Source of the DNA: a virus
Taxonomy: Duplodnaviria > Caudoviricetes
IMG/VR virus record: IMGVR_UViG_3300049167_000039
Coordinates: 1 to 27,843 of that record
Strand: one strand, 5' to 3'
Length of the DNA: 27,843 bases
A model generated the notes under the pieces. That model did no database searches, had not been told where the DNA came from, and worked only from the letters and a program-made list of their open reading frames with translations. Position 1 is the stretch's first letter; every line of letters starts with the position of its first letter. Made by a program: the position numbers and the translations under genes. Positions 1 to 10,500 of the stretch are shown one piece after another.

Positions 1-1
1 A

Positions 2-1651
2 TATTGGAACAAGATAGACAGTGGTGAAGAAATTGTATCAAATAAAGTAAGACGTGTTTATAAAATGCTTACTGATAGCATGTATGATGATATGTGTGAA
101 TGGGAATATAGACCTTCCAAAGCTAATCATGCAATTGAGTTTATTGAAAACTTTTGTAAACATTCAAAAGGTAAATTAGGTGGTCAACCTTTCATTTTAG
201 AACTATGGCAAAAGGCAATGACTGCTGCTGTATTCGGATGCATACATAAAATTGATGATGTTCGATGGTGGCAAGAATTTATTCTACTTGTTGCTCGTAA
301 AAATGGTAAGTCAGCTTGGGCTAGTGCTGTAGGACTCTATATGTTAATTGCAGATGGAGAGCCAGGAGCAGAGGTAGTTAGTGCTGCAACTAAAAAAGAT
401 CAAGCTAAAATTGTTTGGCAAGAATCTAAACGTATGGTTAATAAATCACCAGCATTAAAGAAGCGTATTAGAACATTAGTAAGTGAATTAATCTCAGACG
501 CTACGGATTCAACATTTAAACCTCTATCAAGTGATTCAAATACACTGGATGGCTTGAACATCCATGCCAGCCTTATAGATGAATTGCACGCAATCGAAGA
601 TAAGAACCTTTATGATGTAATTGTCGATGGTATGTCAGCTCGTGAACAACCTTTATCAATTATCACATCTACAATGGGTACAGTTCGTGAAAATATCTTT
701 GATATTAAGTATGAAGAAATTGAATTGATTATCGGTGACTATGACCAAGCAGATGCAGAGCGTTCTCGTGTGCTTCCTATTGTCTATGAATTAGATAAGC
801 GTGATGAGTGGTTAAGTGATGATTACTCAGTATTCAAGAAAGCAAATCCTGGGCTTGGAACAATCAAAAAGCCTGACCAATTAATAGCTAAAGTTAAGAA
901 AGCGAAGAAGAATCCTTTACTAGTAAAGAACTTATTAACTAAAGACTTCAATATTCGTGAGACTTCAACTGAAGCATGGTTAACATATGAACAAGTTTTC
1001 AATGATAAGAAATTTGATATCGATGAACTGAAACCTCGTTATGGAATTGGAGGAACAGATTTATCAGAGACAACCGATCTGACATCAGCATCGGTTATTT
1101 TTATGCTTCCTGATGATGACAACGTTTATGCGGAACATATGTATTGGCTTCCAGAAGATTTACTTGAACAACGTGCAAGAGAGGATAAAATTCCTTATGA
1201 CGCTTGGAAAGACATGGAGTTATTACGTGTTACGCCTGGGCGAGAAATTCATCCTAAGTTTGTAACTCAATGGTTTTTAGAAATGCAAGAGAAACATGAT
1301 ATCTATTTAGCTTGGGTTGGTTATGATAGATGGTCTGCAAAGTACTGGGTAGAAGAAATGAAAGATAATTTTGGTGAACCTGCAATGATACCTATTGCAC
1401 AAGGTAAACAAACGTTATCACAACCTATGAAATCACTTGGAGCAGAATTAGAATCTAAGAAAATCATATATCAAAACAATCCTATAACTAGATGGTGTCT
1501 AAGTAATACTGCAATTGATATCGATAAGAACTTAGCAATTCAACCTAACAAAACGAAGAATCAACGTAGACGTATCGATGGAACAGCAGCATTATTGAAC
1601 GCTTATGTAGTGTTACAAGAAAAGAAAAATGAATACATGAACATGATTTAG
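2..1651 (+). CDS. terL: Phage terminase large subunit (5' end outside window)
   Basis: Walker A VARKNGKS, Walker B LIDELH, nuclease motifs GTDLSETTDLT and RIDGTAAL; frame is open from base 2 (YWNKIDSGEEIV...), so the ATG at 65 is internal. Confidence 0.96.
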   Translation, partial: YWNKIDSGEEIVSNKVRRVYKMLTDSMYDDMCEWEYRPSKANHAIEFIENFCKHSKGKLGGQPFILELWQKAMTAAVFGCIHKIDDVRWWQEFILLVARKNGKSAWASAVGLYMLIADGEPGAEVVSAATKKDQAKIVWQESKRMVNKSPALKKRIRTLVSELISDATDSTFKPLSSDSNTLDGLNIHASLIDELHAIEDKNLYDVIVDGMSAREQPLSIITSTMGTVRENIFDIKYEEIELIIGDYDQADAERSRVLPIVYELDKRDEWLSDDYSVFKKANPGLGTIKKPDQLIAKVKKAKKNPLLVKNLLTKDFNIRETSTEAWLTYEQVFNDKKFDIDELKPRYGIGGTDLSETTDLTSASVIFMLPDDDNVYAEHMYWLPEDLLEQRAREDKIPYDAWKDMELLRVTPGREIHPKFVTQWFLEMQEKHDIYLAWVGYDRWSAKYWVEEMKDNFGEPAMIPIAQGKQTLSQPMKSLGAELESKKIIYQNNPITRWCLSNTAIDIDKNLAIQPNKTKNQRRRIDGTAALLNAYVVLQEKKNEYMNMI

Positions 1652-1667
1652 AGAAGGAGGTGAGAAA

Positions 1668-2942
1668 TTGGGATTATTCGGCTGGATGTTTGGTAATAAA
1701 CAACCTGATACAAAAACATTGCAACGCTTTGAAATGATTAGTGATCAAAGTAATGGATTCTATGCATGGGGAGGTGACTTGTACGCTTCTGACATTGTTC
1801 GCTCATGTATTCGTCCTAAAGCAAGAGCAATAGGGAAGTTAATTGCTAAACATATTCGTGATAGTGTGGATGGCTTTAAAGAAAACCCTAATGTCACTAT
1901 TCGTTTTCTATTAGAAGAACCAAATCCAATGATGACAGGTCAAATGCTTCAAGAAAAAATGGCAACTCAACTAGAACTTAATCATAATGCATTTGCTTAC
2001 ATGAAGCGTGACCCATATACCAATGTGCCATATGAAATTTACCATCTAAACTGTGTTTCTGTTGAAGCATTAGAAGGTACTGAAGGTGACTTATTCTTAA
2101 AGTTTTATTTTGCTAATGGTAAATCTAAAACAATTCCATATGCAGACGTTATCCATTTACGAAAAGACTTTCATTCTAGTGATTTGTTTGGTGAATCACC
2201 TGCAAATGCATTAGCACCTTTAATGGAAATCGTAAACACAACAGATCAAGGTATTGTTCAAGCAATTAAGAATAGCGCAGTAATCAAATGGATTCTGAAG
2301 TTTACAGCAAACATTAGACCTGAAGATATGAAGAAACAAGTACAAGAATTTACTGACAGTTATCTTAATATCGAAAATACAGGTGGTGCTGCTGGTGTTG
2401 ATAGTAAGTTTGATGCCATTCAAGTTAAAGCAGATAACTTTGTACCAAATGCGGAGCAAATGGATAGAACTATTCAACGTATCTACTCATTCTTCAACAT
2501 TAATGAAAAGATTGTCCAATCTAAGTACAACGAAGATGAATGGAATGCTTTCTATGAATCTGAAATTGAACCTATTGCAAGACAATTAAGCGAAGAGTTT
2601 ACACGTAAGATATTCTCTAGAACTGAAAGGGGATATGGAAACAAAATTATCTTTGAAGCATCTTCATTACAATATGCATCAATGCAAACTAAACTTGCTC
2701 TTGTTCAAATGGTTGACAGACAAGCACTTGTACCTAATGAATGGCGTAGAATACTCAACCTTGCACCAATTGAAGGTGGAGACAAACCTTTACGTAGATT
2801 AGATACTGCTTTAGTTGACGATGGAAACACTACATCAAATGAACCATCGAAAGGTGGTGAAAATGTTGACAAAGGAGATGAGACAAAACAAGCAGATGAA
2901 CAACAAACAGAAGGAAATGCAGTTGGAGGAACGTCAGATTGA
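1668..2942 (+). CDS. HK97-family portal protein
   Basis: TTG start after strong SD AAGGAGGTGA; motifs LLEEPNPMMT, VIHLR, GESP, VPNEWRRILNLAPIEGGD; directly follows terL. Confidence 0.95.
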   Translation: MGLFGWMFGNKQPDTKTLQRFEMISDQSNGFYAWGGDLYASDIVRSCIRPKARAIGKLIAKHIRDSVDGFKENPNVTIRFLLEEPNPMMTGQMLQEKMATQLELNHNAFAYMKRDPYTNVPYEIYHLNCVSVEALEGTEGDLFLKFYFANGKSKTIPYADVIHLRKDFHSSDLFGESPANALAPLMEIVNTTDQGIVQAIKNSAVIKWILKFTANIRPEDMKKQVQEFTDSYLNIENTGGAAGVDSKFDAIQVKADNFVPNAEQMDRTIQRIYSFFNINEKIVQSKYNEDEWNAFYESEIEPIARQLSEEFTRKIFSRTERGYGNKIIFEASSLQYASMQTKLALVQMVDRQALVPNEWRRILNLAPIEGGDKPLRRLDTALVDDGNTTSNEPSKGGENVDKGDETKQADEQQTEGNAVGGTSD

Positions 2943-3504
2943 TGTAACAAGCCTTGAAGTTCGTGCAACTGGTAATGATGATTACATACTCGAAGGTTAC
3001 ATAAACAAATTTAATAATCGTTCATATTATCTTGGTGCTTTTTATGAGGAAGTACAGAAAGGTGCATTTGACCGAACATTAGCAGATGGACATAACATTT
3101 ACGCATTAAAAAATCATGATGATGAGCTTAGATTAGGCTCTACACATTCAGGATCGCTTCAATTACATGCAGATGATATTGGTTTGAAGTTCAGTTTAAA
3201 AATTAATCCTGAAATCTCATATGCTAAAGATGTTTACCACCTTGTAAAAGATGGATTGTTAGAAAACTGTTCATTCGGATTCTATTGTATTCAAGATGAA
3301 ATTGTTAGGCTGTCAGATGGAACAGATTTACGTTATCTCAAAGAGATTGAGCTAGTCGAAGTTACATTAACAAATAAACCTGCATATCAATCTAGTCAAG
3401 TTGCATGTAGAAGTTACGATGAATTCAAAGCAAAAGAATTAAAAACTAAGCAAGACGAATTAAAACGGAAAAAGCTATTACTAAAACTAAAATATTTCAA
3501 TTAA
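2863..3504 (+). CDS. HK97-family prohead protease
   Basis: Motifs LEGY, NHDDELRLG, CSFGF, EVTLTNKPAY; ATG 2863 chosen for SD AAGGTGGTGA (ORF track starts at 2815). Confidence 0.92.
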   Translation: MLTKEMRQNKQMNNKQKEMQLEERQIDVTSLEVRATGNDDYILEGYINKFNNRSYYLGAFYEEVQKGAFDRTLADGHNIYALKNHDDELRLGSTHSGSLQLHADDIGLKFSLKINPEISYAKDVYHLVKDGLLENCSFGFYCIQDEIVRLSDGTDLRYLKEIELVEVTLTNKPAYQSSQVACRSYDEFKAKELKTKQDELKRKKLLLKLKYFN

Positions 3505-3522
3505 AGGGAGTTAAATAAAATT

Positions 3523-4680
3523 ATGAAAACATTAAAAGAAATCGAAGTTCGTTCAGCAGAAATTAAAGCATTACTAGAAGGTGAAACAGAAGTTGATGTA
3601 GATGCATTAGAAAATGAAATGCGTGAATTAGCACAGGACAAAGCGAAGCATGAAAAACGTGCTCGACTATTAAAGGAAGCTGGTGAATTAAACGTGAAAG
3701 AAGAAGTTCGTACAATTGAATCATTCAATACACAAGAACATCAAGAAACTCGTGAGCAAGCAAACGTAGAACAACGTGCAAAAGACCTTAAAGAAGACCG
3801 TGCTATTACTGTAGCAAGTGGAGACTTAGTGTTACCTAAACACACTTCATCTTCTATCAATGGTACATTCAATCAAATCTCAACTTTACTTGATCGTGTA
3901 AAACTTACACCTATGAGTGGTGGAGAATCATTCCAACAACCATATGAAGTTTCTCATGGTGAAGGTGGATACACTGATGAGGCTGGTAACTACATCGATG
4001 TTGAAGTTGAAACTGACTATGCAACAATCGGTAAAACTAAAATTACTGCTTACAGTGAAGTAACTGAAGAAGTACAAAAATTACCTGCTGCAAACTATGA
4101 AGGCTTAGTTATCGGTGGAGTTGGTAAAGCTTTACGTCAAAAAATTACAAAAGAAATCTTAGTTGGTAATGGTGGAGTTAATCAATTAACAGGTATCTTC
4201 TCTAACCAAGCTAAAGCAATTGACCCTGCTACTGATTTAGCAATCTCTGCAATCACTGCTGACACTTTAGATGAAATTATCTTCTCTTATGGTAACAAAG
4301 AGGATGTTGAAGCTGTTGCAACACTTATCCTTTCTAAAGCAGACTTAAAAGCATTCGCTATGTTACGTGATGGTCAAGATAAGAAAGTCTATGAAGTTAA
4401 ATCTCAAGGTAATGTTGGTACAATCGATGGCGTTCCTTACATCATCAACTCTGTATGTGCTCCTGTTTCTGTTGCTGGTACTCCTGCTGGTGCTTACGCT
4501 ATGGCTTACGGTGTTCTACAAAACTATGAGCTTGTAACATTCTCTGGAACTGATATTCAACGTTCTACTGACTTCAAATTCAAACAAGGTATGATTGCTC
4601 ATAAAGGTTCTGTATTTGTTGGTGGTAACGTAGTTGCTCATAACGGTTTCTTACGTGTTAAGAAAGCTCCAACAGCTTAA
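3523..4680 (+). CDS. HK97-fold major capsid protein with N-terminal coiled-coil delta domain
   Basis: Charged helical N-terminus of about 90 aa, GDLVLP, ILVGNG..QLTGI, IDGVPYI; position after protease. Confidence 0.95.
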   Translation: MKTLKEIEVRSAEIKALLEGETEVDVDALENEMRELAQDKAKHEKRARLLKEAGELNVKEEVRTIESFNTQEHQETREQANVEQRAKDLKEDRAITVASGDLVLPKHTSSSINGTFNQISTLLDRVKLTPMSGGESFQQPYEVSHGEGGYTDEAGNYIDVEVETDYATIGKTKITAYSEVTEEVQKLPAANYEGLVIGGVGKALRQKITKEILVGNGGVNQLTGIFSNQAKAIDPATDLAISAITADTLDEIIFSYGNKEDVEAVATLILSKADLKAFAMLRDGQDKKVYEVKSQGNVGTIDGVPYIINSVCAPVSVAGTPAGAYAMAYGVLQNYELVTFSGTDIQRSTDFKFKQGMIAHKGSVFVGGNVVAHNGFLRVKKAPTA

Positions 4681-4711
4681 TAGTTAATAAATTATAAGGG
4701 ATTGATAGTTA

Positions 4712-5002
4712 ATGATTTATAAATCGACTGTATTGAAAGCTTTTAAATGTAAAGATACAGGTCGTCACTATGGAATTGGTGGCTTTTTCAGTTCTGAGGA
4801 TTCTGAAAGAGTCGCCTATTTAGGTGATTTAGGCTTTGTTAGTAAAGAAGTAAAAGAAATTGAACCTGTCGTTGAAACGAAGAAGAAAGAAACAGCAGAT
4901 AAACCACCATTTAAACATGTTGGTGGCGGTTGGTATGAACTAGCTAATGGTGAAAGAGTTAAAGGTAAACAAAAGGCATTAGAAGCTATTGAGAGTAGGT
5001 GA
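4712..5002 (+). CDS. Small head-associated protein (gpFI-position gene)
   Basis: Lies between capsid and connector; N-terminal VLKAFKCKDTG..Y..ERVAYL..GF segment and C-terminal HVGGGWYEL.NGERVKG segment; function inferred from synteny only. Confidence 0.6.
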   Translation: MIYKSTVLKAFKCKDTGRHYGIGGFFSSEDSERVAYLGDLGFVSKEVKEIEPVVETKKKETADKPPFKHVGGGWYELANGERVKGKQKALEAIESR

Positions 5003-5006
5003 TTAG

Positions 5007-5276
5007 ATGATTGAAAAGGTGAGAAAGAGTTTAAGAATTTCTCACACTGCATTAGACGATGATATCCAAGACTTAATTGAAGCAGCATTGATGGAACTAC
5101 AGTTGTCAGGTATTAAAAAATTAGATGAGAGTGATCCATTGATTATTCGTGCTGTAACAGTATATTGCAAAGCTGAATTTGGCTTTGATAATCCTGATGC
5201 AGAAAGATTTAGAAACTCATTTGAATCATTACGAAATCATCTAGCATTAGCAGGTGATTATAATGCTTCATCGTGA
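5007..5276 (+). CDS. Head-tail connector (HK97 gp6 / SPP1 gp15-like)
   Basis: VRKSLRI....DDDIQDLIEAA helical motif; synteny. Confidence 0.88.
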   Translation: MIEKVRKSLRISHTALDDDIQDLIEAALMELQLSGIKKLDESDPLIIRAVTVYCKAEFGFDNPDAERFRNSFESLRNHLALAGDYNASS

Positions 5277-5565
5277 TATCGCTCATCTATTAACAACTGA
5301 AATTAAGAAAACGAATGGTGTTCAAAACAAAGTAGTCACTAGTAAGCAAATGGTTTTCGTAAATAAGAAAAGTGTTGGTACTCAAGAATTTTATCTTGCT
5401 TCTCAAACAGGTTTTACACTTGAACTAATGTTGGAAATGCATACATTAGATTACGATTCACAAGAGTATGTTGAGTTTAATTCTAAAACGTACAGAATCA
5501 TACGAACGTATGAAAAAGGCGATACGATTGAATTAAAATGTCAAGCTCATAGTGGTAAATTGTAA
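5263..5565 (+). CDS. Head closure / head-tail adaptor (SPP1 gp16-like)
   Basis: SVGTQEFYLASQTG, VEFNSKTYRIIRTY, IELKC; ATG 5263 has SD AGGTGA. Confidence 0.85.
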   Translation: MLHRDIAHLLTTEIKKTNGVQNKVVTSKQMVFVNKKSVGTQEFYLASQTGFTLELMLEMHTLDYDSQEYVEFNSKTYRIIRTYEKGDTIELKCQAHSGKL

Positions 5566-5939
5566 TGCCTTTAGAAGTAACTGGACTAAAGGAAATGTTT
5601 GAGAAGATTAAAAAGATTGAAGCAGTAATGAAGAGTACTAGAATTAGTGAAATGGCTTTAGAAGCTGGTGCAGAAATCTTACGTGATGAAGTTAAACGTA
5701 GAGCACCACGTTCTAAAGGCGGTGGCAAACATGCTGCTGATCGTATAGTTATTTCAGCAGTAGTAGAAGGTAAAATTGCTATTGGTTTCATACCCGATGA
5801 TTGGTTCATGAAATACCATGAGTGGGGAACAAGCAAAATGAAAGCCAGACCATTCTTTGAACCAGCGTTTAATGCAAAGCAAAAAGAAATTGAGCAAGCT
5901 ATGTACAACGTTTATGTAAGAGAGTTGGCGAAAATATGA
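5565..5939 (+). CDS. HK97 gp10-family neck/tail-completion protein
   Basis: EVTGLKEM, ALEAGAE, RAPR, EWGTSKMKARPFFEPAF motif. Confidence 0.9.
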   Translation: MPLEVTGLKEMFEKIKKIEAVMKSTRISEMALEAGAEILRDEVKRRAPRSKGGGKHAADRIVISAVVEGKIAIGFIPDDWFMKYHEWGTSKMKARPFFEPAFNAKQKEIEQAMYNVYVRELAKI

Positions 5940-6262
5940 TTTACGATTTAATTGAAGAATTGTTAGCATCATTTGAAGTAACGACAGGTGTTATTAGAGT
6001 TATTGACCCACCTGATACGTACATAACCTATTTTCAATATGATGAAAGTGCTACACAGTTTATTAATGATGAAGAGTCTAGAACAACATATTACATTCAA
6101 GTAGATGTGTTTTCAAAATTTGATGCATTCTCACTTGGAAAAGAAGTACAAAAGAAATTAACCAAAAATGGATTTATTAGAAGAAGCGTATTCCACGACT
6201 ACGAAGAGGACACTGAGTTGTTCCGTCATGGGATGCGCTTTTACTATACACAAAACAATTAA
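5936..6262 (+). CDS. Tail terminator protein
   Basis: PDTYITY, IQVDVFSK, GFIR, YEEDTELFRHGMRF; immediately upstream of tail tube. Confidence 0.82.
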   Translation: MIYDLIEELLASFEVTTGVIRVIDPPDTYITYFQYDESATQFINDEESRTTYYIQVDVFSKFDAFSLGKEVQKKLTKNGFIRRSVFHDYEEDTELFRHGMRFYYTQNN

Positions 6263-6285
6263 ACTAAGGAAAGAAGGAATTATTA

Positions 6286-6885
6286 ATGTCAGCAGATAAA
6301 ATGACAGTCGGTTTTAAAAATATTCATTTCGCAGTAATGCAAGAAGATGTACGTAAAGGTACAACAACTTATGGAGCACCAAAATATTTCGCAGGAGCGA
6401 TGCAAGCAACATTAAATCCAAATGCTAGTTCACAAACTGTACACGTTGACGATGTTCCAGTAGCAACTGTAACAAGCACTGGTGTATTAGAAATGGAATT
6501 ACAAGTGGACAGTATTTCTAAAGAAGCAGCAGCAGAATTATTCGGATACCGTATCGATGCTAATGGTGTATTACTTGAAGCAACAAAAGATAAATCTCCA
6601 TATATCGCTTTAGGATTCGAGTCTGAGTCTATCGATGGCGGTAAATTAATGAACTGGATTCTTAAAGGTAAATTAACTGTACCTTCTCAAGAATTCCAAA
6701 CTAAAGGTGAATCTGTAGAGATCAAAAACCAATCAGTAACAGGTCAATTCGTTAACCGTTTATCTGATGGTGAGAAGAAATTCTCTGTACATAGTAATGA
6801 TGAAGGCATTAACGCTGAAGTTATTCTTGACTGGTTCGATAAAGTTTATGAGCCAGTAGCAGTAACAGAAACACCAACAGTTTAA
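6286..6885 (+). CDS. Major tail (tube) protein, phi13 family
   Basis: VGFKNIHFA, PYIALGFES, WILKGK, WFDKVY motifs. Confidence 0.92.
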   Translation: MSADKMTVGFKNIHFAVMQEDVRKGTTTYGAPKYFAGAMQATLNPNASSQTVHVDDVPVATVTSTGVLEMELQVDSISKEAAAELFGYRIDANGVLLEATKDKSPYIALGFESESIDGGKLMNWILKGKLTVPSQEFQTKGESVEIKNQSVTGQFVNRLSDGEKKFSVHSNDEGINAEVILDWFDKVYEPVAVTETPTV

Positions 6886-6901
6886 TCTTAATATACCATA
6901 T

Positions 6902-6933
6902 GGGAGTATCTATAATGGGTACTCCCTTTTTTT
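6902..6933 (+). terminator. Intrinsic terminator after tail tube gene
   Basis: GGGAGTATCT-ATAAT-GGGTACTCCC stem (two G.U pairs) followed by T7. Confidence 0.8.
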
Positions 6934-6972
6934 CATTAAACTAATCAAAAAATATTGGAGGACGTATAAAAA

Positions 6973-7338
6973 ATGATGGATTTAAAATTAAGAATTAATG
7001 GTGAATACAAGCAAATGCATGAACCTTTTATTTCAGGAATGACTTATAGAAAGTATCTACCTTTACAAGAAAAGCACGACTTCTTACATAACGAAGTACC
7101 ATTTCAAGCACTAGATGAATTGATTGTTCTTATTGTAGAAGCATTTGATAAACAATTTACAGTGGATGAGTTCTATTGTGGTCTAAGCTCTTATGATTTA
7201 CGTGTAAAGATCGCAGAGTTTTTAGCGATTGTAAAAGGATTCCCTTCACAAATGGAGTTGTCAGATAAAGAGTTAGCAGAATTGACTAAGGAAAATGACG
7301 ATGATGCCACACCCTCAGACAGAGGCGGAGAAGCTTGA
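6973..7338 (+). CDS. Tail assembly chaperone (gpG-like)
   Basis: SD GGAGG; FDKQFTVDEFYCGL motif; between tube and TMP. Confidence 0.85.
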   Translation: MMDLKLRINGEYKQMHEPFISGMTYRKYLPLQEKHDFLHNEVPFQALDELIVLIVEAFDKQFTVDEFYCGLSSYDLRVKIAEFLAIVKGFPSQMELSDKELAELTKENDDDATPSDRGGEA

Positions 7339-7540
7339 CGATTTCTACAACTACATGTTGAACACTCAAGGTTTAAAGCCAAATGAAATTGATCAAATGG
7401 ACATTCATCACCTGTTCAAATTAGTACGTAAACAAATTAAACAGAACAAAGAAAATGAGAAAAATAATTCAAAAACAAGTAAGAAACAAGAACCTAAACC
7501 ACGACAAGGTTTCTTAGATGAGATACCTGGATGGGCATAA
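7295..7540 (+). CDS. Second tail chaperone ORF (gpT-like; possibly expressed as a frameshift fusion)
   Basis: GLKPNEIDQMDIHHLF motif typical of pre-TMP ORFs; overlaps the upstream chaperone gene in the +1 frame; true start uncertain. Confidence 0.72.
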   Translation: MTMMPHPQTEAEKLDDFYNYMLNTQGLKPNEIDQMDIHHLFKLVRKQIKQNKENEKNNSKTSKKQEPKPRQGFLDEIPGWA

Positions 7541-7564
7541 AAAAGAGGGAGGTGAACACAGCAT

Positions 7565-10500
7565 ATGGATATGGGCAATATGGCTTCAATGAAGTTCAAG
7601 CTTGATTTAGAAGGACTTGGTTCAGCAACAACAGACTTCGCTAAATTAAGTCGTGTTACAAAAATTTATGATAGTGAAATTGCAAAAGCTAAAGCAGGCG
7701 TTAAAAAGTTTGAACAAAATTTAGATGCAATGAAAGAAGTTGCAGATGCTACAACTAAAAAATTAGAAGTACAAAAACTTACTGTTAAGCAAATGGAAGA
7801 AGAGTATGCTGATTTAGTTCGCACAAAAGGTGAAGACGATGTGGAGACTCAGAAATTATTAACTAGATATAATCGTCAAGTAGCCCAAATGAAGAAGACA
7901 GAGATGGGTTTACAAAACCTAAATGGAAAAATTAAAGAACAGAGTAGTGCTTATGTCGAAGTTTCAAAAGAAGCAGACAAAGCAATTAAGGGCATTGAGC
8001 AAGACTTAAAAGTTTTAAATAGTCAATATAGTAAAACAACCGATGGGATTAATGATTTAAAACAAGAATCAGAGAAATTAAATAAGACGTTAGACTTGCA
8101 AGGAAAAGTTTCTGATCAATTGAAAAGAAAATATGAAGCTTTGAAAAGTGAGAAAGGCGAAGACAATAAAGCAACGAAAGATGCTTTAATAGCTTATAAC
8201 GAATCCATTCAAACGATGAAAAAAACCGAAACAGCTTTAGATGGCGTTAAGGTTAAGATAAAGGAACAAGGAAGCGAGTTTAATAAAGCGTCTAAGGAAG
8301 CTAAAGATTCACTAGATAGTATTGAACAAGATTTAAAAGTCTTAGCTAGTGAATACGGTAAAACTTCAGCAAGTATGTCTAAAATGGGTGCTAATTCAGA
8401 AGACTTATTTCAACAGTCTATGCATATGGAAAAGCAATTAAGGCTTGAAGAGAAAGCAGTTCAAGCATTGCAACGTAAATATGAAGCATCAGCAAGAGAA
8501 AAAGGCGAAGACGCAAAGGAAACAAAAGAAGCGTACATTCAGTTAAATGAATATATCGCAAAGATGAACAAAACAAGTAACACCTTGAACAGTCTAAATC
8601 ACAAAATAGATGAATCGAAAGGATCATTTAGATTATTTGGACGTGAAGTTCATATTGCTGGTGGAAAATTAGACGAATTCAAAGAACGTGCAGGAGATAT
8701 CAATGCATCAATGAAAGCTGGTATGGTTGCTGGACTTGCTGCTGGTGGTGCTGCATCTGTTAAGGCTGCTGTTGATATTAACAGTTCTCAAAAACGTATC
8801 CAAGCACAACTAGGACTTACAGGTGAAAATGCAAAAGAATTAAATAATATCACTACAGATTTATGGAAAAAAGGTTTCGGTGAAAACATGGATGAAGTTC
8901 GTAATGGACTCATTCAAACGAGACAGAATATTCAAGGGTTGAATAATGGTGAATTAAAGAAAGTAACACAAGACGCTTTAGTGTTAGCCGATGTATTTGA
9001 AGCAGATGTAAATGAAGTAACTCGTGCTGGTGGAAACGTAATGAAAGGGTTTGGTGTAGACTCTGAAAAAGCGTTTGATTTAATGGCATGGGGAGCACAA
9101 AAAGGCTTAAACTTCTCCAATGAAATGTTCGATAATCTCTCAGAATATGCTCCACTTTATAAACGTATGGGCTTTAGCGCAGATGAATATTTTCAATTAT
9201 TAGCTCAAGGTGCTCAAAGTGGCGTTTACAATCTTGACTACATAAACGATGCAATGAAAGAGTTCCAAATTCGATTAACTGATGGCTCTAAAGGTACATC
9301 GGACTCATTCGCATTAATGTCTAAGAGTACTCAAAATCTATTTAAACAGTTTAAAGCAGGTAAAATCACTGTTAAAGACATGCACAATGCTGTATTAGAA
9401 GAGCTTCAAGGAATGGATAATCAAGTTCAAGCTAACATCATTGGGGTAGGTTTGTACGGTACTAAATGGGAAGATATGGAAAAAGATACCATGTACGCTT
9501 TAGGAAACATTGACGGAAAGATTAAAGGTGTAGATGGAAGTATGAAAAATGCTTCTGCTGTAACTGAATCTCTAGGACAACGTGCTAAAGCCGCATTCCG
9601 TGAATTTATGGCTGCAATCGCTCCATTGGGAACTAGATTATTAGATATCGCTGATCGTTGGATGCCTAAAATTGAAACTGGTATCAATAATGTTACTGGT
9701 GCATTTGATAAAATGTCTCCTTCTGCACAAGATGCTACACTCGCTGTTGCTGGATTTGTAGGTGCAGGCGTTGGTATCGCAGGTATGGTTGGAGGTATTG
9801 GTGGCATTGGTAGTGCATTTGCTTTATTATCTAATCCAATTGGCTTGACAGCATTGGCAATTGCTGGTGTTACAGCAGAAGGAGTACTAGTTTATAAGAA
9901 TTGGTATGCCTTAAAAGACTTGATGAAAGACCATCCATTGTTAGGATTAGCTATTAAGTTAACTCCTGTTCAGGGACAATTCATTGAGCTTGTAGGTAGC
10001 ATTCGAGAATTCCGTGACCAAATGAATAAATCAGCTATCGATACAGGATTAAATTCAGATAAGATTTCGGAAGGAACTAAGAAAGCCATCAATGCTTATA
10101 TGGATATGGACAACAAAGCGTATGCTTCAATGGTCAACTTGTCTGCAAGAGGTGGAATTGTTACGCAAGAATTCGCTGATAGTCAAATTGCTCAATATGA
10201 AGCAATGGCAAGTAAAATTCAAGCTTCAATGGACACTGACCATGCAAAACGTATTGAAAAGACTAAAGCTTTATTCGCAACAAATACTGCTTTATCTGAT
10301 GAAGAAAAAGAACTAGCTTTAAAGAAAATGGACGATGACCATGCAATTAAGAAAATGCGTCTTGAAGAATATGTGGCAAAGATATCTGAAATTGAAAACA
10401 GAGCATCAAAAGAAAAACGTGATTTAACTGAATCTGAGAAACGTACTATCAACGGTATTCGTGAAAATATGCGTGTTGAAGCAGTTAAAACTTTAAGTAA

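Noticed and set aside
4660-4720. Possible frameshift or readthrough extension of the major capsid
   Set aside because: Ends GCT TAA TAG with tandem stops and no slippery or CCC-TAA site.
6860-6935. Possible SPP1-like +1 extension of the tail tube
   Set aside because: No CCC-TAA; stops and a terminator follow directly, with no Ig-like ORF.
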